From Tubulanus polymorphus (lineage: Eukaryota > Animalia > Nemertea), in NCBI RefSeq assembly GCF_964204645.1, contig NC_134031.1, positions 20,157,910 through 20,221,909 on the forward strand: a stretch of 64,000 bases of DNA. The letters run 5' to 3'. Made by a program: the position numbers and the translations under genes. Below, piece after piece: positions 13,982-25,132 of this stretch (positions are counted from its first letter, which is position 1; each line of letters opens with the position of its first letter). Below the pieces are notes generated by a model. It ran no database searches. It was given only the letters and a program-made list of their open reading frames with translations, and was not told the origin of the DNA.

Positions 13982-14024
13982 TATAGAATCATTGAGCGAA
14001 AACGTTAATGAGTAGTTGTCATAA

Positions 14025-14277
14025 GGGGCCGTCCATAAAAGACATCAACGCTTTGGGGGAGGGGTTCAGATTTTTTGGACTTTCGGACAAGGGGAGGGGC
14101 GAAGTAAAATCACTCAATCCTCTAATGACTAGTTATCAGATGAAATCTTTATCAAGTGTGAAACGGGTCCATTGCCCGTCGGACAAGGGGAAAGGTCAAG
14201 CTGATGGATTCCATGTGGACATAAGAGTGGAAGTCAATTTTCCATATTTTGTGCGGACGTCTTTTGTGGACAGCCCC
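14025..14277. mobile_element. PIF/Harbinger (Tourist-like) MITE
   Basis: TIRs GGGGCCGTCCATAAAAGAC / GTCTTTTGTGGACAGCCCC, flanked on both sides by TAA (14022-14024 and 14278-14280), a 3-bp TWA target-site duplication. Confidence 0.7.
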
Positions 14278-14319
14278 TAAAATGCTTTCATTTTCTGTTT
14301 TCAGAAATTTCATGTGCCG

Positions 14320-14652
14320 AGGGGCCGTAGTTTCACAAACACGATCAATTTTTCAACTGAATTTATGAAGAAATTAATGTTTTAGTGACAACTATGGTTG
14401 TCTTTTGGTTGTCTGTTCTTATTTAGTATTTAATCATATCTGTGAAACCGTACCCTGCACAATAAATTTTAGATGCTCCAGTTTCACACACTGAATAGCG
14501 AGTACGGTATTTAATTCAGTTGAGTCCAGTTTCACGAAAAAAGGATGAATCCATTTTAGAGTTAAACTGAATGAATGAATACTTATTGAGTAGAATATTT
14601 CTATGAAACTGAACCAGTGGGATGTGACGCACTGAGTGTGTGAAACTGCTGG
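14320..14652. mobile_element. Cluster of adjacent/nested short MITEs (CCAGTTTCAC...GTGAAACTGG family)
   Basis: GTAGTTTCACA...TGTGAAACCGT at ~14320-14456. CCAGTTTCACACACT...AGTGTGTGAAACTG at ~14478-14648 encloses a second CCAGTTTCACG...ATGAAACTG. The same termini recur at ~25852, 36617, 38023 and 60885. Confidence 0.5.
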
Positions 14653-14865
14653 CGTCTGTAATCATAACTAGAACAACACAGAATATTCATCTTTATTTCA
14701 GATAAAACAGTAACGTCAGTTGGCATGAAATATTATAGTCCCATAATAAAGAAAACCTTGATAATTCAACTTTTTGGTTTCATTGATTGCGAGACTTTAC
14801 AGTCATACAAAATATGTCCATTTACAATATACATGTGTATCATATAAATTTATAAAAATCAGACC

Positions 14866-15059
14866 AATGAAACCGGGTCCCGAGGTACAAACAATTACAA
14901 ACTAATTAAACCGGGTCCCGAGGTACAAACAATTACAAACTAATGAAACCGGGTCCCGAGGTACAAACAATTACAAACTAATGAAACCGGGTCCCGAGGT
15001 ACAAACAATTACAAACTAATGAAACCGGGTCCCGAGGTACAAACAATTACAAACTAATG
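14866..15059. repeat. 38-bp minisatellite, 5 copies
   Basis: AATGAAACCGGGTCCCGAGGTACAAACAATTACAAACT x5, nearly identical. Confidence 0.97.
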
Positions 15060-16889
15060 CAGTTACATGGAGTGTGTAAATTATCTCATGCCCTTGATCC
15101 ATCGCAGAAAGCCCATCATTAGGGTTTTCCCTAATTCCCTCAATTGTGATTAGCTTGGCACCAATGATCGCTGCTTTGCAGCTACATTTAATCTAAAATG
15201 AAATTAATTAATTTTCAGTAAAAATTAAAACCCACTTTACACAAATTTAAGACACAACATTTAGGAGTCTCTCTAGAGACCATCGTCAAGTTTGAAGAAA
15301 TAACTAAAACAGGAAAAAATAGAGAGGGAAAAACAAGTTAATTGAGAAAAGTGAGACTAGAGGGTGTTAAGTGCTTAAGTTGAGAGGTTTTGTTATTTTG
15401 TGCATAGGTTGTTCTAGTTATTTCTTCATTTGCTTTTATTATTTTGATTCCGATTCTTGATAAATAAACTACGCCTTTAATGTTTTAAATTTGCATATAG
15501 CATGGTTTAAATCATATATTCTATGCCAGAGTCAGGCTATTATTCAATCAGCAAAAATGAGAACAGCTTTGAGAGATGAATCAGGGGATGGCTCCATTGT
15601 TTTTATGGATTGTGATACGCAGTCCATGAAACCATCACAAACAGAACAACAGTTGCCTGCCCGTGTCGCCCAGCACAATATAATACCAATAATATATTTT
15701 ACTTTAAACTTAACAATTGCAGATCTCGGAAGTGGCAGCATATCAATCTTCAGGTAGATGGCTGGTCCCTGTCCTTGTCAAATGGAATATCAGTCCCCAC
15801 TTCGTCCTAGAATAAGAGAGAAAACTTGCGTCTGCAAATATTACATTGAAAATGTTTGATTGAATAAACAGTCAAAAGGGAATTGCTTTCATGAAATATC
15901 TCGTAAACTGGAATTTATAATTACCTTATAATTCTAGATAATTTAACACCATTATACAATCTTTGTTCATTTTCAAATTGTTCTATTGGACAAATTTCAT
16001 GCTGCAATAAATCATTATACCATGAAAAGAATTAGCAACGTATTTAGAAAATTAGAAAATCAGCATCAGCAGCATCAACACCGCACTTCTTTCCGTAGAA
16101 TCACACATAAAAGTTATGTACAGAATTTATGAATATTATCAAATTAGAGCACAGTGGAGTGATGAAAAACTCACCATTTCTAAACTTGTATCAGATTAGT
16201 TCAGTGCCATCTAGCAGGATTTCACTTCCAACAGTCATTATGTCATGAAGTTAAGAGAACTGATGATTTTCTGAGAAAATAAATATATATAAATAATTGA
16301 ACTGTTAAGTTTTATAACAAGCCAGAACCAGGTATAGAGACAATTACTTAGTTTCTTAAAAGAATAGCAGCTTCAGCAACAACTAGAGCTTCTTCTCTAT
16401 TTGAAGGTGAATATTTTTAATTTCTCCAGCTCCAATTGGTATTGGGTGTATTGCATTCTGGAAGGAGAAAATTATGCCAGAAAACAATTAATGAAATAAA
16501 CAGACACTGCAACTTGTTTGTGCTTGATTGACAGAAAACCTACAAGGTTAATGAGTAGTTTATCACAATGTGTCGAGTATATACAGATTTCTGAGAGGTT
16601 TGATGGTAGCTTTAGACTGCGTCCTCTAGTAAAGCCTTGATACCTGCCAACATTGACCGATCAAAACATCATTTTCTGGACTTGATTTGAAGATCACCAC
16701 AAATTACTGCAATAAATCGAAAAAAAATCACCACTTCTGACTTGTTTGATTTGTAGAGCGCAATGTTTACTGCAAGTTCACCTTCATTCTGGGCCCTTGA
16801 ATACAAAAGTTTTATAATTTTGATGATTTGAACTTTGACCAGAATAGAAGTGATTATAAATTTACAGTCAAACGAGAGACTAGAAGCTG

Positions 16890-18126
16890 TAGATATTTAC
16901 CGGTACTGTTTTTGTTTTGAGGGTCTAATGCGATGTCCATCTTTAACAAATGTGAAGTGAATTCCTGATGTTTACTGTTCAAGGATTCTGTCAAGGGTTC
17001 CACTTATTTCAGCTCCTAAAAATGTTAGAAATTGTCAGTTAAGTTGTTATGAAATAAGAGCAGTTTCACACCAAATCAAAGACTTACCATTTTTATCAAT
17101 GTTTTTAAGCCAGCGGTATTTGAGGTTGAGTGTTGGGTGCAAAAACCTCCAAAGCTCTGTTCACTGAAAATATGCATGGAAGACATAAAGATCTTGATAA
17201 TTCCAACTTTGATCAGGACAAAAAGAGTTTGAATGATTGAAAACTCACTTCAAACTAAGCCGTGATCTTTCAGTGATTGAATGCTGGAAACATAAACAGA
17301 TAGAATGATTTATACACAACAGTTCTCTAAAAAAAAATTCCTAACAGGTTTTACCTGCTGCTGCTGGTGCGCTAGTGCTGCAGTGTTTATCTCATCCTGT
17401 AAATGAGAGTAAAACAATAACAGAGACTGTGAAGAATTCTAAAGAGAAATTCATTACCAGTTTTGTACTTACCTTTCAAACAGTAAATTAGATATTTACC
17501 AGTACCGTATTGGTTTTGAGGATCTAAAGCGATGTCCATCTTAAACAAATGTGAAGTGAATTCCCAATGATTACTGTTCACAGATTCTATCAAGGGTTCC
17601 AGTTATTTCAGCTCCTAAATACAAATTTTAGAAATTGTCAGTTAAGTTGTTATGAAATAAGAGCAGTTTCACACCAAATCAAACTAAGCCGTGATCTTTG
17701 AGTGATTGAATGCTGGAAACATAAACAGATAGAATAATTTATATAGAACAGTTCTCTAAAAATAATGAATTTCCAAACAGGTTTTACCTGCTGCTGCTGC
17801 CGCTGCTGGTGGCGCTGTTGCTGCATGGTGCTGGTACTGCGGGTACTGCCAGTGCTGCTGTTGCAGCTGCTAGTGGCGCTGTTGCTGCATGGTGCTGGTA
17901 CTGCAGGTACTGCCAGTGCTGCTGTTGCAGCTGCTGGTGGCGCTGGTGCTGCATGGTGCTGGTACTGCGGGTACTGCCAGTGCTGCTGTTGCTGCTGCTG
18001 CGGTGTGTATCTCATCCTGTAACTGAGAGTAAAACAGTAATTTTTAGTTCAAAAATAATTCAAAATATCAACAGAGACTGTGAAGCATTCTGTGGAGAAA
18101 TTCATTACCAGTTTTATACTTACCTT
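16890..18126. repeat. ~600-bp tandem segmental duplication
   Basis: 16890-17474 aligns with 17489-18126. The right copy lacks ~170 bp (joined at TCAAA microhomology) and has gained the 64-bp array. Confidence 0.9.
17790..18001. repeat. 64-bp CTG/CAG-rich minisatellite, ~3 copies
   Basis: CTGCATGGTG recurs at 17821, 17885 and 17949. Confidence 0.92.
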
Positions 18127-18260
18127 AAATGAGCCTGTTTAAATAGTAAATTCCATTGCATTCATTTCATTCTGAAAAGAAAAAGAATTGATAATCAATG
18201 ACAATAGAGCAGAATGTAACATCTCAAAGTTATCAATCAATCAGACAGAAACAGTACAGG

Positions 18261-18458
18261 ATTTCTGTAGATTAAACTGCTGTACTTATTTCATACTGAT
18301 TGTACAGTTACAGATACATGTAACATTGTGTGCAGATACTGAGTACAGATCACTGCATTACTTCATCCTGTGATTGAACAGTGATTTAATGTTCTCTCAT
18401 CTTCATTAGATTCCCATCCGTCTAACTAAAACATCAGAACATTTCAACTCATCTAACC
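18261..18458 (+). repeat. Left arm of 198-bp inverted repeat
   Basis: Reverse complement of 23367-23564 with about 4 mismatches. Confidence 0.95.
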
Positions 18459-19090
18459 TCCCGACCCGACCCTCCCAGGCCCCATCCCTCCCACCCTCCC
18501 GGACCCCTTCCCTCCCACCCTCCCATACCCCTTCCCTCCCACCCTCCCGGACCCCTTCCCTCCCGCCCTCCCGGACCCCTTCCCTCCCGCCCTCCCGGTC
18601 CCCTTCCCTCCCGGAACCCTTCCCTCCCGCCCTCCCTTACCCCTTCCCTCCCGCCCTCCCTCACCCCTTCCCTCCCTCGTCCGTTCCCTCCCTCGTCCCT
18701 TCCCTCCCGGACCCCTTCCCTCCCTTGTCCCTTCCCTCCGTCGCCCCTTCCCTCCTTCGTCCCTTCCCTCACGCCCTCCGTCGTCCCTTCCCTCCCGCTC
18801 TTCCTCTATGTCCTCCCACCTAGCCCTCCCTTAATGCCCTCCCACCTAGCCTTCCCTTAATGCCCTCCCACCTAGCCCTCCCTCAATGCCCTCCCACCTA
18901 GCCCTCCCTTAATGCTCTTCCACCTAGCCCTCCCTCAATGCCCTCCCACCTAGCCCTCCCTTAATGCTCTTCCACCTAGCCCTCCCTCAATGCCCTCCCA
19001 CCTAGCCCTCCCTTAATGCTCTTCCACCTAGCCCTCCCTCAATGCCCTCCCACCTAGCCCTCCCTTAATGCCCTCCCACCTAGCCTTCTC
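18459..19090. repeat. C-rich minisatellites (~24-bp array, then 26-bp array)
   Basis: CCCTCCCGGACCCCTTCCCTCCCR units at ~18460-18800; CCCTCCCACCTAGCCCTCCCTYAATG x~10 at ~18810-19090. The G-rich strand has dense GGG runs. Confidence 0.93.
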
Positions 19091-19878
19091 CTCAACTCTT
19101 TTGTCTCCTCCTCAGACACCTCTCATCTGTACAATAACTACAAAACGATTTGCCATTTTTCAGGATCATATCCATTTCATATACTACTACTAATTGAAAT
19201 CCTTAATCAATTGCATCATTGATGGGACTCACAAATACTTTTCCACAATTTTTGAGGCATTCAAATGATCATATGCCTGGTGCGGTCTTGAAAATCACAT
19301 GGCTTAAATTTGAGATGATTTCTTAATCAATTTCATCGAATTCATTCAAATTATTCCTATTATTTCTACTCCCTCTTATAAAGTATTTACAATATATCTC
19401 AGTTTCACGGCTAGTTGCAGCAGTCGTCTTTTATTTCATCAAATGAAGTTTGATCTCCAAAACATCAAACCAAACCCGAGGAACTTAATTAATAATGTAG
19501 TAAGGGAGGGGGAGGTATACGGAGGGTTCACCTGAACCAAACCTCCACACTCACAAAATGTCGCGAGAAAGGCAAACACAAACCAAGGACAAGAATGATG
19601 GCTGAGATCAAAACAACTAATGCTATTTATGTTGCTTCACGAATTCAACGTTGTCACTCTTATTATGAAACCAGTGTGGACTAATGACAGTTAGATGAGA
19701 TATTTCTATACTCTCTACCAGAGGTTTTATATAAGCAAGATAATAAATAATCCGTTTTACTGCAATTTGATTGTCTTTTCAAGTTAACTCTTGAACCCAG
19801 TGGAACAAATCAAACTCCAGCTCTTTTCCTTCATTTGCCATTTTTCGTTTTCGTTTTTACTCTTTTCTTTTTTAGCGT

Positions 19879-20067
19879 TTGAGTCGAGGTAGGGAAAGAC
19901 CCCTGCCCGCTCGCTAAGCGTGCAGGACACTAAACCATCGAATTGCTCTCGGACTCCACTCTTTATATTTTATCTTTTTTGAGTTGAGGTAGGTATAGAC
20001 CCCTGCCCGCCCTCTAAGCGTGCAGGACACAAACCTTCGAATTGCTCTCGGACCCCACTCTTTATAT
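19879..20067. repeat. ~100-bp tandem doublet with internal hairpins
   Basis: TTGAGTYGAGGTAGG..AGACCCCTGCCCGC....TAAGCGTGCAGGACAC...TCGAATTGCTCTCGGACYCCACTCTTTATAT occurs at ~19879 and ~19979. Confidence 0.9.
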
Positions 20068-20382
20068 CAGCATTTCATGCTGTTCATTTTGTGGCTAGAA
20101 GCTCACGCGTTTGCTTAATATTTTTTTTTTTCATATGGCTTTTCCTTATTTGTCATCTCACTAGAACTCTCATCAGTTCCGACTGGGATCAAGTTAACTC
20201 TTTTAGAGACAAACAGCAAAAGGTTGTGTTAGTTGCACCAGCAGCAGCAGCAGCTGCAGTAGCACCAGCAGCAACACTGATACAGATGAATGTTTCATTA
20301 ACTACGTCATTAGTTCCACTTAAATCATTTCGTTCTCAAATACAGAGTTGTGAAGGCAACAGAAATAACTTGTACAACTTTT

Positions 20383-20730
20383 CATTCATGGCCCTGGTTT
20401 GGAGACCAAACAGTTAAAGTTTGGGGCCCGGTTTTGGTGACCAAAGAGTCAAAGAATGATCCAAGGTCCTGTTTTGGTGACCAAAGAGTCATAGATGGGT
20501 TCATGGTCCTGTTTTGGTGACCAAAGAGTCAAAGTTTGGTTCATGGCCCTGGTTTGGTGCCCAAAGAGTCAAAGTTTGGTATATGGTTCTGATTTGGTGA
20601 CCACACAAGGTAAATATAGCTCATGGCTTTGGTTTGATAACGTGAGAACAAATTTGGCTCATGGTACTTTTTAAAGTTAATGCAGTTTTATGGTCCTGGT
20701 TTGATAAGCAAAGTTTGGTTCATGACCCTA
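20383..20730. repeat. ~40-bp degenerate minisatellite, ~8 copies
   Basis: TTCATGGYCCTGKTTTGGTGACCAAAGAGTCAAAGTTTGG units with a period of 40 (20440, 20480, 20520, 20560, 20600). Confidence 0.88.
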
Positions 20731-23029
20731 TAGTTCCTAGTTCAGTAACCGTATAAGTGGCACTACAGATGAATTTTCATGAGTTGAGCAGTTTTTAGCC
20801 ATCAGATTGTCACCAGAGCAAACGTACATAACATGGGAAATTGAGAGTGTTGCATATTTTGAATAGGGTAAAATTGGACTTATCACCGATCAATTGTATA
20901 AAGTTAAGAATTACGTACACACTGAATGGAATAATTCACTAATTTGAGTCTAGGTATGTAAAATAATACATTGATCGAAGTCTAAAAGCTATAAACTGAC
21001 AAATTGATCGAGCACTGATTAAATTTTAAATAACAGCGGAGGATGTTTATGACTTTCATAAACTGATATGATCGTGAAAAATGGCAAAATACACTAGATA
21101 TCTTCCCCCCGTGTTGTGACGATTATCTGTATTCAACATTTCTACTCTATTCTAGTAGTCAGAAATGATAAATCAGCGATAAAGGTCGGGTTTTCTGCGT
21201 TAATGATTATGCTATCTTTGAAACAACAAAATCCGAATTGAATTGATTTATCGTGCTGAAGATTCACGCATAGGCGGACTAACAGACTAATAGTATCGCG
21301 AGCTGGTTTCAATTCCAGGGGATTTTGTCTGTAAGCTGGAGCAATAAATCTTTATTGAATCGCCTGTAAATCAGATTCGCGATCAATCCATAAGATAAGA
21401 AGAACATCGCTTACCATTCAGTCAAACTAATAATTAGTATACGGAGGAAAACAAAGTATTGACAACTAATTACAACATATACACTGGTGTATCAGCAGTG
21501 CTACTGCGGCAATCGAGGATTCCACTTATGGCAGGCGAGGCTCCCGTCACATTCGCTAGCGGTAAAGTTACTCGGATACATTTCAATCAAATTCTAATCA
21601 ACTTCTCTTGTTGGCAAATCTTTTTTCAGTGAAATTATACCATACACTCATTGGGGACACAAGTCTCATATCTATGTGATGACTTGTTTGACAAAATTTC
21701 AATTTGGGAGACGAAAAATCCAGTTCAAAGTTCATTGAAAATGAACTAACTTTCACAATAACTGAGTGTATTGTTGCGCCATCTGGTGTGTGCTGGTATC
21801 CCGTTAATTTAAAACGGAGTTCATGAAATTAAGTGAACGCGTTTCCTACAAATAAATCACTAAGATTTGTGCTAAAGGATTCTCAAAAACTTCAACACAG
21901 TTAAATAATCTAAGATATGTAACTACTACAATATATAATATACGCTTTATCAAAGTCTCAATGTAGTAGGAAGGTCGCGGTAGTCTAACTGTGAAAACAA
22001 GAACTATATCTGGTTGAATATCATCTGTTTTAAACTTTTTACAATTCAGTAAAATATTTCCTGATATAAGTATAATTAGTTTGCAGCCCCTTAAATTCAC
22101 AGGTAGATATTGTCATCAATCAAGAATATCCTGAATATAATAATAGAACAATAGTCTCTCTGTGTCAATCTTTGTCCCACCTATAAATTGTGAAGTTTAT
22201 TTCAGAAAATGTGTCCTATCTTTTTGAAAAGGATTTAACTAGTTATTAAGGATATCTATCTATGAATAGTGGTATACTGTGCCATGTAAACTGCTGAAGG
22301 CAAATGAAGTGTGTCTGAAAATCCATTGAAGTGATCACAAAACATATCACTTTTCTAATGACTACCATACTCTTCTTCAAAAATGAAGAGTAAGTCTCTA
22401 AGAATCTGCAGAAAAAAGAGGAAGTAGCAATGTATGTGACTGCATCTCGACTCTCATCAACAAGTCGTCCTATTCGATTGTTTAACTAGAACCAGTATTT
22501 ACAGCGGTTTCTAAAATAGCACCGAAGAAAATAGAATACATCTTTCTGCTGGAAATGTATCAGTAAACCGCCAGATATCAACAGTAATTATTACGTATGA
22601 TTGTTGTTTAATTGAATTGTTCATTAAGCCGCATTTTGATCGGAGCCATGGAGCAGCAGTTTGTGATCAAATTCAACACCCTTGATGGCCCTTAAAATTT
22701 AAACGCCCCAATACAAAAATCTGGGGGCTATTATCTCATAACGATTGAGAGAAGTGACGGTGAAATTACGTGCGCACTCACCGGGGATCAAACCCGGGTC
22801 TCATAGAAATAACAACCAGTAAAATAGAATGAGTCCAACTGGCCGGTGGTTATACAGCTTGTCATGCATAACAACTGAAACATGACATGTTGCAGTCATG
22901 TGTGGCCGCATGATGTGTTTCATAATGATTAATCCTTACTTAGAATAATAAAAAGATGGGACACATTTTCTGAAATATCCTGAACTTCAAGACTAAAAAA
23001 GCTACGACTAAACCACCTGTACCTGACAC

Positions 23030-23365
23030 CAAACCACCCCCTACAGACCCTACACTACCTAAACCCATACCCATACCCTGCCCTCCAAAGTCCTACCGCC
23101 ATTCTCTCCAGCCCACCATACCCCCTACCGCCCCACCCCTACATCCCACCCTCGCACCTAGAACCCCTCCCTCCCACCCTCCCTCTTGCCCTCCCTCTTG
23201 CCCTCCCTCGACCCATCCATCCCACCCTCCCTCACCCTATCCCTCCCTCCCTCACCCTATCCCTCCCTCCCTCACCACATCCCTCCCACCCTCCCTCACC
23301 CCATCCCTCCCGCCCTCCCTCTCCCCTTCCCTCCCACCAACCCTACCCACCCTCCCCGAACCCCG
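23030..23365. repeat. C-rich low-complexity tract
   Basis: CCCTCCCTC/CCCACC runs directly abutting the right inverted-repeat arm. Confidence 0.85.
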
Positions 23366-23366
23366 C

Positions 23367-23564
23367 GGTTAGATGAGTTGAAATGTTCTGATGTTTTAGT
23401 TAGACGGATGGGAATCTAATGAAGATGAGAGAACATTAAATCACTGTTCAATCACAGGATGAAGTAATGCAGTGATCTGTACTCTGTATCTGTACACAAT
23501 GTTACATGTATCTGTAACTGTTCAATCAGTATGAAATAAGTACAGCAGTTTAATCCACAGAAAT
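23367..23564 (-). repeat. Right arm of 198-bp inverted repeat
   Basis: Reverse complement of 18261-18458. Confidence 0.95.
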
Positions 23565-23911
23565 TCTACCTCTAAAGATACACATGATCTGATTATCAAG
23601 AAGGAACATGATTGATAACATTATTGACATCAGGAACCAGTTTCATATTGATTAGAAATAACATCATTTGAGTTGATCACAATTTAGAAAACCTGTAAAC
23701 CCGCTTACAGAAATAACAATCCCACCATGAACTAATCCTAGCCAAATATTCACCGATATAAAGACATTTGAAATGATTGAATAAATGCAACAGGTTTCTG
23801 TGACTTCATTTCAAAACATGGTTTATAAAATCATTATGAAACTGGTTCCTTAACATCAATTCAACAACCGATAAATAAAGATAAATGTAACTTATCTTGA
23901 ATTTCCACATA

Positions 23912-24148
23912 TAGTGATTCCTGATGTCATGCTGAATCCAAGAGTGATTCCTGATGTCCTGTCCTGAATCCAAGAGTGATTCCCGATGTCCTGTGCTGAA
24001 TCCAAGAGTGATTCCTGATGTCCTATGCTGAATCCAAGAGTGATTCCTGATGTTCATTGCCGAATCCAAAAGTCTGATTGTCAAACACTGATTCCCGTTG
24101 TCCTGTGCAGAATCCAAGAGTGATTCCTTGTTTTCCTGTGCTGAATCA
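23912..24148. repeat. 32-bp minisatellite, ~7 degenerate copies
   Basis: TGCTGAATCCAAGAGTGATTCCTGATGTCCTG units. Confidence 0.9.
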
Positions 24149-24808
24149 ACGTTCCCATTGAACATGTTGAAGTGATACCTATAATAGACAAATCTAAGAT
24201 TGTTTTCTTTCCTTAGAAATAATTGCATAAATATCAAATTTAAAGTTCAAACTAACAAATTAAATTGATCGCTCCCAGTCTGCAGTTCATCTATTCACTG
24301 GGTTATCCAAACTTTAAGTTTTGCATCCTGAGTTGAACGTGAAATATAAACAAGAAAGTAATGAAGAATCGAACAGTATAAATATTGTTTCATTCAGAAA
24401 CCGCGATGAAGAGAACATATTTAAAAGATGAAATAAACTTACACTGTTCGATGAAATCAGTCGATGGAATCATTTTAGAACAAACTCATTACAACACAGC
24501 GAGGTGATTGAAGCCCAACGTGGTCTAGAAATATCAGGATGCAATTTGACGATATGCTTGACTGAGCGCCACCATGCTGGCGTGGCGCGTAGGATCGATG
24601 TGCCTCTAAAATAATATGATTACCCACAATATCCGAGATGGAATATTTTTGAACATTTTTTTCCATTTAAACCAATGATACAAACACTTACCAAATATTG
24701 AAATACTGATTTCAGGGGTCGGAAAGGAGGGTGGCAATGTTTGTATAGGCAAAGTTTTTGCTTTTCCTATGATTAAGTACGCCATTTAGATATTGCGTCG
24801 CGCGCCAC

Positions 24809-24870
24809 TAGACTGGTTGCCTTCCAATTCTGCGCCACCTGCATTCGCAGGAAGGCCAGCAACCAGTCTA
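24809..24870. mobile_element. 62-bp hairpin element with CTCF-like core, upstream of WDR46
   Basis: Perfect 12-bp IR TAGACTGGTTGC / GCAACCAGTCTA around TTCTGCGCCACCTGC. Homologous, in opposite orientation, to 37192-37247. Confidence 0.6.
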
Positions 24871-25132
24871 TTGGAGTCTCGCCAGCCCGCCCTCTGTCGG
24901 CCAGTATACTTTTCGATTAGATTTGGTTTTTATATTCTATGCAATATTCAAAGAATTTATTCCTATGAAAAGCACGCTCTTTACAAACATAATGATTCGT
25001 TTCGAAGTTACTTGAATTTTCAAAGTAAAAATGTTCGCGAGCGGCTCCGGTTGGTTTCAAGTCGGCTCCGGTCGATTTCCAGTCGGTTTCCAGTGGGGTC
25101 CGTTTTTTAGTGAGGGCGCTGACCAATGCAAA

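Larger units (their letters stand above)
15060..18171 (-). pseudogene. Decayed multi-exon gene or spliced non-coding transcript of unknown family
   Basis: Regular minus-strand GT-AG exon boundaries at 18124-18171, 17788-18016, 17355-17396, 17249-17283, 17088-17163 and 16901-17015, plus acceptors near 16706, 16457, 15806 and 15192. Joined exons keep phase (DEINTAALAHQQQQ-HSITERSRLSLN-EQSFGGFCTQHSTSNTAGLKTLIKM-ELK*VEPLTESLNSKHQEFTSHLLKMDIALDPQN) but carry scattered stop codons. Confidence 0.55.

Noticed and set aside
14866-15059. CRISPR-like appearance of the 38-bp repeats (also the 32-, 40- and 19-bp arrays)
   Set aside because: Head-to-tail units with no unique spacers, no cas genes, and a eukaryotic context.
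15060-18171. snoRNA host gene hypothesis
   Set aside because: Most introns are only about 70-110 nt, and I found no convincing box C/D or H/ACA arrangement.
18449-18772. GREGR/RGG-like ORF (and the Pro-rich ORF at 23186-23419)
   Set aside because: Translations of C/G-rich minisatellites.
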